Shown: positions 1 to 11,887 of the stretch, piece after piece | How positions within the stretch are numbered: the stretch's first letter is position 1 | Layout: every line of letters begins with the position of its first letter | Assembly (NCBI RefSeq): GCF_009914755.1 | Contig: NC_060929.1 | Reading direction: 5' to 3' (one strand) | From: the human T2T-CHM13v2.0 reference genome, Homo sapiens | DNA length: 64,000 nucleotides | The notes under the pieces: model-generated | The model's input: the letters and a program-made list of their open reading frames with translations, nothing else | Databases searched by the model: none | Told to the model about the DNA's origin: nothing | Position numbers and translations under genes: made by a program

Positions 1-746
1 GCAGCGACCAGAGGCAGGAATTGGCCCAGTGTAATCATGCCAGCTCCCAGGGAGATTGCTGAGGGGTTCCAACCTGCAGATCCATCTGTCTCCTCGAATT
101 CTAGGGCAAACCTCATTAGTGTGAGGAGGCACCCCACGGCTCAATCCCTACCTCTCGGACCTCAGATCCCCATCTGGCAAGCTAACAAAGCAAGTGTGTT
201 TGCTCTGCCATAAGAGTTAGATTTTCTTATTCATTCTTTTTCTGATAAGTAAAATGTACCTTTCCCACTATTTATTGGCTTTTATTTGGTGTGCCATGTT
301 ATGTTATTCTAGCCTTAAGAGTCACATTAATTCATGTTGGGTTGATTGCTGCAGAAGGTGAATAACTTAACTCTTTGTGTAATTAAACTCTGAAAAGTAA
401 ATCCTCATTCTCAGTCATATGACCTGGCAGGAGGCCAAGGACATGTACCAGGCTTCCTAGTAGTGGTTCCTTGGATGCAGGCCTGAGGCTACAGGGCTGG
501 GGTTACTCTGAAGGCTATTGGGTCATGTGCTTGATGAGATATTCTGTTTCTTCGTGGAAGAAAACAGAAGTTTAGGGGACCACTGAAAATCTAGATATTT
601 ACATTTCGGAGGGGGGACATGCTATTGTATAGAGAAACCCCCCCAAAATCTGAAAAATATAACTAAAATTTATTCAAGATGCATCCATGCCACATAACCA
701 GAGCTTACTTGATGGTGGTTAAAGTTCGCATACGCAAGTTTGTTTC

Positions 747-1230
<484 letters not shown>

Positions 1231-1369
1231 TAATAATTGAGGTTGGATTAGGAGAGGGGAAATTTTCAAGCAAACTTTCAGAAGACATAGATTACACTCC
1301 TCTTCTTTGGGATAGTTGAAGACACTGCTTCCGATTCCTCTCTGTCCTCCAGTCCATTGAGAATGGAGC

Positions 1370-1770
1370 AAGAAGGTGGGATTGGAACCGCATCCCCTGC
1401 CTTGTACTCCTGGCTCCTCTGCATATTGCTTGTGCGACCTTGGGCATATCATGTAACCTTTCTTTCTGAGTTTCATTTCTGGTATCTATAAAATCCAATG
1501 TATCAGATTTACTTACCTTACCAAACTTCTAGATATTTGAAATAAAATCAAATACAAGAAGCACCTTGTTAATTGTAAAGCTTTACATGATGAGGTGTTC
1601 TCTTCTGCCCCTCTTACCTTTGGCTCTGGCTTGGGGCCTCAGGCTGATCCAATCCCCACTCTGCTGCATCCAGCTCTGTGGCCTTGCGTGTTTTTGTGAG
1701 ACTCTCTGAGGCTCAGTTTCCTCATCTGTAAAGTGGATGTTATTGTATTTAACACATGACTGCAAGGATT
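1370..1770 (+). mobile_element. Two degenerate MIR fragments
   Basis: MIR core motifs tgtgcgaccttgggcatatcatgtaacctttctttctgagtttcattt and ctctgaggctcagtttcctcatctgtaaagtgg. Confidence 0.7.
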
Positions 1771-1805
1771 TTTAAAAATAACAATATAAGCTTCAACTCT
1801 GCTAG

Positions 1806-2093
<288 letters not shown>

Positions 2094-2305
2094 ACGTTTG
2101 CCTTCTTACTGCTCTGCCTGCTTTTCTTCCATTCTTAAGTTTACTTCTAAAAACCACTAGGGAAGCAAGATCAAGATTGCTGTGTGTGGGAGGAAAACTA
2201 TAGAAAAGTTCAGCTTTCCCCATCCATAATAATTTTTAAGCACTTATCACCTCTCTTCTCTGCCAAAACAGTAGTCACTCTAATAGGGTTAATAATTGAT
2301 GAGAT

Positions 2306-2530
2306 ATTAATAATAGCTAAAAAATTAAAGCTCACTCTGGAGTTGTGATCTAAACATTTCATAAGAATATCTCATTTAATCATCCACTCTCTTAATTAGG
2401 TACTGTCATCACCTGCCTTTTGCAGTTGAGAAAAATGAGGAACAGAGAGGTTAATAACTTAAGGTTACAGTGATGGAGCCAAACCTTAAGCCCAGAAAGT
2501 CTGATACCAGTATCAGCGTTTTTAATCACT
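2306..2530 (-). mobile_element. MIR SINE
   Basis: taatagctaa...atctcatttaatc...ttttgcagttgagaaaaatgaggaacagagaggttaataacttaaggttacag. Confidence 0.75.
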
Positions 2531-3084
2531 TGGTGTTCTGGGATCCTAATCTCCATCTTTAATTTTTCTCCCTTCTATTTTTAGTTGATAAGTAATAATT
2601 GTACATATTTACAGGATACAGAGTGATATTTTGCTATGCGTATACAATGTAAAATGATCGCATAAGGATAATTAGCATAAACACCACCTCAAATATTTAT
2701 TATTTCTTTGTGTTGTGAGCATTTAAAGTCCTCTCTTATAGCTTTTTGAAAATATTCAAAAAATTCTAGTTAATCATATTTACCCTATAGTGCTGCAAAC
2801 ACCAGAACTAATTCCCCCAATCTAGCCATAATTTTGTATTTATTAACCAACCTCTTCCCAACCTCCCCACCTACTTCCTTTCCCAGCTGCTAATACCCAC
2901 AATTCTACTCTCAACTTTCATGAGCTGAAACTTTTTTTTTTTAGCTCCCACATATGAGTGAGAATATGTGGTATTTTTCCTTCTGTGCCTGGCTTATTTC
3001 ATGTAACATAATGACTTCCAGTTCCATTCACGTTGCTACAAATGACAGGATTTCATTCTTTTTTAATACTAAATTTTATTCCGT

Positions 3085-3112
3085 TTGTGTGTGTGTGTGT
3101 GTGTATGTGTGT

Positions 3113-3160
<48 letters not shown>
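3085..3160. repeat. (TG)n(TA)n compound microsatellite
   Basis: TG run followed by about 22 uninterrupted TA units; a second short TG/TA tract lies at 3351-3371. Confidence 0.97.
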
Positions 3161-3162
<2 letters not shown>

Positions 3163-3165
<3 letters not shown>

Positions 3166-3350
3166 TTCTTTTGCCCACTTTCTAATTGGATTCTGTTATT
3201 TGCTGTTGAGTTGTTTGAATTCATTTTTTATTCTGAATGTTAGTCTCTTGTGTGATGAATAATTTGGAAATATTTTCTCACATTTTACAGGTTGTCTCTT
3301 TATTGTTTTCTTTGCTGGGCAGAAGGTTTGCAGCTCAATATAGTCCTATT
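3163..3350 (+). repeat. 188-bp dispersed direct duplicate of 3807-3994
   Basis: Ungapped hand alignment: 7 mismatches in 188 nt. Confidence 0.95.
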
Positions 3351-4769
3351 GTGTGTATATATATATATATAATATTTTCTTTATTCATTAATTCTTTCAT
3401 GACACTTAGGTTGATTCCATATCTTGGCTATTGGGAATAGAGCTGCAGTAAACATGGGGGTGCAGGTTATCCCTTTGATACACTGATTTCCTTTCCTTTG
3501 GATAAATACCCAGTAGTAGAATTTCTGAATTGCATGTTAGTTCTATTTTTGTTTTTTTGAGGAACATCCATACTGTTTTCCATAATGGCTATACTAATTT
3601 ACACTCCTAGCAACAGTGTGTAAGAATCCCTTTTCTCCCTATCCTCACCAGCATTTTTTTTTGTCTTTTTGATAATAACCATTCTAATTGGGATAAGATG
3701 ATATCTCATTGTGGCTTTGCTTTGCATTTCTCTGATGATTAGTGATGCTGAGCATTTTTTTATGTATCTTGGCCATTTGTAGGTCTTCTTTTGAGAAATG
3801 TCTATTCAGTTCTTTTGCCCACTTTTTAATTGGATTCTGTTATTTGCTGTTGAGTTGTTTGAATTCCTTGTTTATTCTGAATATTAGTCTCTTGTATGAT
3901 GAATAATTTGGAAATATTTTCTCACATTTTACAAGTTGTCTCTTTATTGTTTTCTTTGCTGGGCAGAAGCTTTGCAGCTCAATATAGTCCTATTTGTATA
4001 TTTTTTCTTTTGCTGCCTGTGTTTTTGAAGTTTTAGTCATAAAATCTTTGCTGAGACCAATGTCCTGAAGTGTTTCTCCTCTGTTTTCTTCTAGTAGTTT
4101 CATAGTTTTGGGTCTTACATTTAAATTTAATGCATTTTGAGTTAATTTTTATATATAGTGAGAGATAAGGGTGTAGTTTCATTCTTCTGCATATGGATAT
4201 TCAGTTTTCCCAACACTATTTATTGAAGAGGATGTCCTTTTCTCAAAATATGTTCTTGGTGCATTTTCTAAAATCAGTTGCCTGAAAGTATGTGGATTTA
4301 TAACTGGGTTCTCTATTCTGTTCCATTGGTCTATGTGTCTATTTTCATCCAAATACTATGCTATAACAAGAGTGTAAAAAGTAGATGTCCTTGTCTTGTT
4401 CCAGTTCTTAGAGGAAAGTCTTTTGACCTTTACTCATTCGATATGATGTTATCTGTGGGTTTCTCTTATAAGACTTTTATTATGTTGAGGTATGTTCCTT
4501 ACATGCCTAATTCATTGAGAATTTTTATCATAAGGGGATGTTGAATTTTATTAAATACTTTTACTGCATCTATTAAGATGATAATATGGTTTTTGTCTTT
4601 CATTCAGTTGGTATGATATGTCACATTTATTGAGTTTGCAGAACTTAGATAAGAAAGTCAGAAACAATGTCAATTTCCTTTGACCAGCTCAGGACTTATA
4701 AAATATGAAGACCATACCACGGTCATGTTAGATATATCCCAGGAATACAAAGGTGATTCAAAATACACA

Positions 4770-5662
4770 TTCAGTGGGTTGTACAAATATATAACGATCT
4801 GTATCCATAATTAGAATATCATACAGAGTATTTTTACTTCCCTAAAAACCCTCTGTACTCCAGCTATCCATCCCTCTCCCACCCTAAGGACTAGCAACCA
4901 CTCATCTTTTCACTGTCTTCATAGTTTCACCTTTTCCAGAATGTCATACAGTTGAAATCATAGTATGCTGGCTTTTTAGATTGATTTCTTCCACTGAGTA
5001 ATACTTAAGTTTAAATTTGTTTCCTGTATGTCTTTTTATGGCTTGACAGCTCCTTTTCCAGTGGTGAATAATATTTTATTATCTGGACGTACCACAGTTT
5101 ATTCGTCCACTCATCTACTGAAGGACATCTTGGTTGCTTCCAGGTTTTGACAATTATAAATAAAGCTGCTGAAACACTCATGTGCAAGTGTGTCTATGAA
5201 CATAGGTGCTCAACTCCTTTGGTAAATACCAAGGAGTGTGATATCTATGTCATCTTGTAACAGTATGTTTAGTTTTGTAAGAGACTGCCAAACTGTGTTA
5301 CAAATGACTATATGATTTTGCATTCTCATAAATAATGTATGAGAGTTTCTGTTGCTTCACATTCTTACGTGCATTTGGTGTTGTTACTCAATGGCTTTGG
5401 TTACTCTAATAGCTGTGTGCTGATATCTCATTTTACTTTGCATTTTTCTGATGACACATGTTATAGAATGTTTTCATATGTTTATTTGCCATCTGTAACA
5501 TCTTATTTGGTGAGATCTTTGGCCTGTTTTAAAATCAGATTGTTTTCTTATTGTCGAGTGTTAAGAGTTCTTTGTATATTTTAGGTAATAGTCCTTTATC
5601 AGATGTGTCTTTTGCAAATATTTTCTCTCAGTCTGTGGCTTGTCTTCTCATTCTCTCAACAT
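4770..5662 (-). mobile_element. L1MC/MB-type LINE 3' fragment
   Basis: tcatacagagtatttttacttccctaaaaaccctctgt...ctagcaaccactcatctttt...actgaaggacatcttggttgcttccagg: old L1 3' end in antisense. Confidence 0.8.
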
Positions 5663-6805
5663 TTGCTTAGAATGTTTTGCTCTTTTTATTTCCTAATTTT
5701 TCCTCTCCTTTTGTTTCAAACATAAACTACCACATTCAACATCCCTTCTCTTTATAGGAATGTCACTGCTGCCATTGCAGTTTCAGCTATTACCATCAGA
5801 TGATTTATTAAATTTCTTGGACCCCAATCAGTTTGGTTCAAGTTCTATACATCACAATTACTTTTTCATTCAACTCCAGTTTATTGGTTAGGAATAGCAG
5901 AGGGGCTGTGGATAATCAATTTGTTACCAATAAAATTGATAACATAACCATTTGTGAGTCCTTTGGAAGTCAATAATTATGATAGATTGTTTTATCTTTT
6001 CCTCTTATTTCATTTGCATAATGTTCCTGCCAGGTGTTATTCTGCTCAAGTTGCTGATGAGGACATTAGGTTCAGAGACAGTGACCACAATTAATATGTA
6101 ATGCAATCAAGTTCCATGCCTGGGCCTGTGCTCTTTTTTTTTATACTGAGCAAATTTCCACTGTCCTCCAAGTTTCAACTTTCTGATCAGTGAAGTGTTA
6201 AATTGACCAGTAACTTCTTTTGGAGCTCAATATTATCCTTCAGAAAAAAAATGCAAAATTGCTTTGTATGTGTTTCTATTATGAACATTATCTTTTTCTT
6301 TCTTGTTAAAAGAGCTGCCTCCTGATTGTAGTATTCTCTCAAGACCAGTGACACCTAAGAGATTTGCTTCATTCTTACATTTTTATTCACATCACTTTTA
6401 TCCTTGCATAATCGTCACATATCTATTTTAGTGAGGAGTGAAAAAATAGCATAAAATTCTCTTCTTTACCATGAATGATGTGTTGTGACCATAAATATAA
6501 ATAGCTTGAATTTATTCCAAGTGCCAGGTCTATTTCAGCAAATGCCCATTGTGAATGTTCATTATAAATGTTAAAATACTGATCTCACCTTTGCACTGGG
6601 CAGGCAAAGTCAGGATAGGAGTTGTGACGTTTTCTTTTGCAGTTACACCATGTAGGTCCATCTTCTATGCCATTTTCTTGTGCTTCTTGTGGAAGCAGCA
6701 TGTGCATAAAAATGTCAAAAAATATTCCTTCTTATAATCTTCAAGCATGCTTCATTATGTCTTCCTCCCGCTTCAGATGCATCAACGGTATCTGGGGAAA
6801 GCTAT

Positions 6806-7184
6806 TATCTTAGTCCATTTTGTGTTGCTATAACAGAATACCAGATGAAATTTATAAAGAAAAGAGATTTATTTGGCTCACAGTCCTGGAGTCTGGGAAG
6901 CCCAAGACTGAGAGACCACATCTGGTAAGGTTCCTCTTGCTGTGTCATAACCTGGCAGAAGGCAACACATGGTGGGGAAGTTCACTTGAAGACAGAGAGA
7001 GAAAGTTGGGCCAAACTCATCCTTTTATCAGGAACTCAGTTCTGAAATAATGGTATTAATCTGTTCATAAGGGCATAGCCCTCATGACTGAATCACCTCT
7101 TAAAGGTCTCATTTCTTGATAACATCACCACAATGTCAACTAAATATTAACATGAGTTTTGGAGAGGACTTTCAAACCGTAGAA
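6806..7184 (-). mobile_element. MaLR solo LTR (MSTC/MSTD-like)
   Basis: tatcttagtccattttgtgttgctataacagaatacc...ttggctcacagtcctgga...aatcacctcttaaagg...catgagttttggagaggactttcaaaccgtag. Confidence 0.82.
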
Positions 7185-7227
7185 GCTGTTAAAGCAGGCA
7201 GGTGCGGTCCTAGCTTTGGAATGGAAG

Positions 7228-7634
7228 CTGTATTAATTGTGTCCTCTGGGAAATAGATGACTATGTGGAGTTAGGAGTATGAGTTTTATCGGGTGTGAAA
7301 GAGAAAAAGAAAAGAAGAAATAGTGGGCAGAGAAGCTTCCAACCACAGTGCAGAAATGAAAAAAGTCTTGACCAACCCAAAGGGGATCTCTGGAGCAAGT
7401 ATTTCCCATTACAGGAGTTTTGGATTGGAGAAAAATACTCTGGCCCTAGAATCCTCACCATGCTTAGTCTTTAGCTGGAGTTGCTCAGGAGGAGCTTAGA
7501 TTCCGCTTGAAAACTAAAGTGTCTTGTGAAGGTGTTAAAAACTGAAAGCTGTCAGCTTGCTGAACTACTTGCAACAGAATGACAAGTTCTTTCTTCAAGG
7601 GAGATTCAAGTAGCACACCTGCCTGGCTGTCACA
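7228..7634 (-). mobile_element. Old ERVL-class solo LTR (LTR33-like)
   Basis: Resembles remembered LTR33-family consensus: ggagttaggagt...gaccaacccaaagggga...gctgtcagc...caagttctttcttcaagggagat...ggctgtcaca. Confidence 0.55.
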
Positions 7635-7699
7635 GCCCATGAGAAATCTGATCCTGTTCTCACATGGAACCAGTTAGCCCCAAAATCTAAAACATTCTT

Positions 7700-9125
7700 C
7701 AGCATTCTGCATTCTCTTCAAATGCTTTTTATACTTCATTGCATTTTTAAAAATTGTTGTCTTACAGAAAACAATATTCAGTTCATTTAGAGTGAAGGTA
7801 GCGCCTCTTCACACAAATACAGAAACTTTGCAGTAGTCTACATCCATGTATACCCAAAACTTTGTTATAGTTGTTATAAACATATTCTATGTGTTATAAA
7901 TTCATAACTATAATAAATTTTTCTTTTACCTGTTGTATAATTTATGTAATCTTCCTCATAAGAAAGTACGAGTAAAATAAAATAGAATAAAATAATATTT
8001 TGAATTTATCCAGATATTTACCATTTTCAATGCTCTTCAGTATTGTCTAAGGATCTGAGTTTTTATCTGGCATCATTTCTTTTCAGTATGTAGGATTTTC
8101 TTAAGCATCTTTGCTAGAAAAAAAAAAAAAGTCTCTCAGTTTGTCTTAGCCTGAACCTGCCTTCACTCTTGAAAGGAATTTTTTTTTCCTCCATGTAGAA
8201 TTTGGTACAACTGTTTTCTGTTTCTTTCAGCACCTTAAAAATATTGTTTTACTCTTCTGCCCTCTGTGGTTTCCGGGAAATCAGATGTTAGTTGGATCGT
8301 TGTTCTTTTGTAAGGAATGTGTCATTTTTTCTTTGCTGCCTTCAAGATTTGCTTTTCATCTTTGGCCTTTAATAGTTTGACTGTGAGATAAACCTCAGTG
8401 CAGGCTTCTTCATGTTTCTTCTACTTTATGTTCATTAACTATCTTGTGTCTGAAAATTTCTTCTATTAAATATAGAGGTTTTTGAGTCATTATTTTCAAA
8501 AACTTGCTGTCATAATTTTAGAATTTTTACCCTCTCCTTCTGGGTTTCCAGTTGCATATATGTTGGATGCTTTGATACAATTTAAGAGGTCCCTGAGGCT
8601 CTATTTTATTTATTTATTTAAAACATTTTTCTTTCTTCAAATTTGATAATGTCTGCTAATCTACCTTCACATTAGTCTACCTATATCTGTAATCTGCAGA
8701 TTTTTTTCTTTAGCTGAGCTGTTCTGATTCTGCTCATGTGTGGTCCAGGGATTAATTGGAGATGTGGGTAGAAAGAATTTGGAGATCCCCTTTTTTCCCC
8801 TCTGGCATTCTCCTATTCTCTTCAGCAGCCTCAGTTCCCTCTGCTAGAAAAAAAAATGCAGTTTTTTTTCAGTTGCACTCTGCCACTGCATGTGAGCCAT
8901 AGCGACTGCGCTTAGCCCTAGGCTGAAAGTTGTGGTAATAAGATGTTCCTTGTTCAACTCCTCTCTTCTGCTCAGAACGTGCACTCTCCACTTAAGTCTG
9001 CCTTCTGCTCAGTCTCCAGTACCTCAGGTCGCTGCTCTTTTTATTATGTTTAGGTTTTATAGGTTTTTTTTTTTATTATTTCTGGGGAGTCATCAGGTAG
9101 GGTCTTACTCTGCCATTACTACTAG
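7700..9125 (-). mobile_element. Ancient L1M ORF1/5' region
   Basis: Antisense ORF1-like motifs (tttctttcagcaccttaaaaatattg; tttgctgccttcaagattt; aatagtttgactgtga; aggtccctgaggctct). Confidence 0.7.
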
Positions 9126-10314
9126 ATGCTGTTTTAAAAACACTTCCTCTATATCTCAACTATGTGTGATTTTGTTACTTTGTTAACTTTGCTCCCTAAA
9201 TACCTATTGAATCCGGTCACCTCTTTCTAGATTGGCTGCCACCCTACTAGTACCATTACATCTGTGCTGTCAACTGGTTTCCTGTTTCGTTTTGTTTTTC
9301 TCAGTCACTCTCATTCCTCCTTAAGATCTCAGCTCAAACATCATCTTCTCCTGGTAAGACCTTCTGGCCCTTCAGGTTAGGATAGAGGCCCTTGTGATAG
9401 GCTCTCAGAAGCCATAATTTTTTGACCATCAGTAGTGTATTATTCTAGCCATTTATCTTGAAACAACATCATTCAATAGTAAATGTTTTAGTTTTACATT
9501 TAGGATTTTGAGAAAAAGTTATGTCTCAAAAGATTCTGGGCCTTTTTTTAGTTTCTGTAGATTGAGGCTATCATGCATTGGCTGTGTCTTATTTAAAGCA
9601 TTGAAAAAATTACACATTACAGTAATTAGAGAATTCAGTATGTTTTGGCAGTCAGGGCATAGTAAGTTTATTGGCTATCAGTGCTGTGCTTTTAGAAATT
9701 TCAACCCTGTTCTTGCATATTCACTTTTGGCAGCTTTCAAATATGATCATCTTTTGAGTTTTGATAAATCTGAGTGCTTTTATATGATTCAGGCCCAGGG
9801 CAAAATTGTATTTATTTTGAGTTTTTATTTTTGAAAAGAAGTTAAAGAATCTTGGAATTCATAAAAATTTAGTTTAAAAAGATGTTAGGTTTCAAAGTTT
9901 GAGCTGTGAATACATAAACCTGTGGAATAAAGTCCTCTGGGAGAGATGTAAGCAAAATGGGAGAATTGGATTTGTTGAAAAATGCTATCTCTTCTCTTCC
10001 CATTTAGGGAAAAGTATCTTTTATATCTCATGAAAACAGAATCAAAGAACTCAACTCGCCACCCTTAAAATGTCTTTGATTTCAGATTTTATATTCTTCA
10101 AGAGGACTGAAAAAATCTGACTTTTCTGGATTTATTTATGTAGATTTAATCAATACATGAAAATGGGGCTGTATACTCAAATTGTGCCTCGTATATTCTT
10201 ATGTTTTTCTTGCTTGCACTTGTTTTATTAGGAACTAAAGAAAAAAACAAAACCAGAAAAGACTCACTGCAAACATATCAGCATATGGATTTCCACCTCA
10301 ATACAATGCATCAC

Positions 10315-11560
10315 TTTTTTAAAAGGCAAAATTTCATAACATAAAATTAACCACTTTAAAGCATAAAATTCAGTGAAATTTAGTATACTCACAATGTTAT
10401 CAAACTATCAACTCTGTCTAGTTTCAAAACAGTTTTATCACCAGAAAAGGAAAGCCATATTCATTAAGCAGTCACTCCCGTTCATTTCCACCCCCACCTC
10501 CCAACTCCTAGAAGCCACTAATTGGCTTTCTTTCTCTAGGTATTTGCCTATTTGGGGTATCTATATAAACAGAATTATACAATATGTGACCTTTCACATT
10601 GCGGCATTATCAGTACTGCATTTCTTTTTATGGCTGAATAATATTCCATTGTATGCATGTATCACATTTTAAAAATCTGTTTCCACTTTTTGGCTATTCT
10701 GAATAGTACTATTATGAACATTTGTGTACAAGATTTTTTGAATACCTGTTTTCAATTTTTTTGGATATATATTTAGAAGTAGAATTCTTAGTCTCTTAGT
10801 AACTATGTTTAACATTTTGACAACCCACCAAACTGTTTTTCACAGTTGTTGCACTATTTTACATTCCTACCAGTAATGTGTAAAGCTTCCAGTTTCTTAA
10901 CATTCTCACCAAAATTTACTTTGTTGTTATTATTTTATTACTAAATAAGTTATTACAACTTGTTATGGTTTGTGTATTTTTAAAAATTTATAGACTAATG
11001 AGTGTGAAGCTGTATCTAATTGTGGTTTTAATTGTATTTTCTTAATAACTAATCATGTAGAGCATCATTGCGTGTGCTTGCCAGTTATTTGTGTATCTTT
11101 TTTGGAAAAATACCAATTCAATTATTTTGCCCATTTTAAAAAAATTGGATGGTGTGTCTTTTTGTTATTGAATTGTAAGAGTTCTTTATCTATTCTGGAT
11201 ATTAGATCTTTTTCAAATACATGATTTGTAACTATATTCTCCCATTTTTATGTTGTTTTTTCACTTTCTTGATACTGTTCTCTGATGCACAAGCATTCCT
11301 GATTTTGATAAAGTCCAATTTATTTTTTTCTGTTAATTGTGCTTCTGGTATAATATATAAATATCTTTTTCCAAAAGTAAGGTTATTAAGATTATCCTTA
11401 TGGTTTCTTCTAAGAGTTCTATAGGTTTAACTCTAACATTTAGGTCTTGGATCCATTTTGAGTTGATATTTGTATATGAATTGAGGTATGGGCCTAACTT
11501 CATCTTTTTACATGTAGATATTCAGTTCTCAAAGCACCATTTGTTAAACAGACTATTCTT
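10315..11560 (-). mobile_element. L1MB-type LINE 3' portion
   Basis: cataacataaaattaaccactttaaag...aattcagtg...cattaagcagtcactcc (L1MB 3' end antisense), continuing into ORF2 antisense. Confidence 0.85.
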
Positions 11561-11887
11561 CAATTGACAACTGATGTATGGGTCTAATGCATTCTTGTTC
11601 ACCAATGTTTTAACACCCATAAACATTACCTTGCTTAGATAATACAAACAAAATGTTTTTATTTTAATTGGCATACGTTATTTATAAAGATCAGTCTGAA
11701 CTTTACATTTTACTCGTTAGGGTAAATATTGATATTCTCTACTATAATATACTATGCTGTTCTTTTATTCAACTCTTCATTACTTTCATTGTAGAATTAT
11801 GGCTTTTTTGCAAAGACCAAAGTTATTTATGGGCATGGGTCCACACTCTCTATCTTGGTTCTTAAGTTTAATATAAATGTTAGGAGT

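Larger units (their letters stand above)
2576..4640 (-). mobile_element. L1MA-type LINE (3' UTR plus ORF2 fragments, internally deleted)
   Basis: Reverse-complement L1MA 3' end (taataattgtacatatttacaggatacagagtgatatttt...) running into ORF2 antisense (tttgcatttctctgatgattagtgatg; ggtctatgtgtctatttt), with an internal jump near 4365. Confidence 0.88.

Noticed and set aside
313-357. Possible 45-nt exon (attctag|...gcagaag|gtgaat)
   Set aside because: Weak polypyrimidine tract and donor site, no partner exons identifiable; cannot be supported without transcript data.
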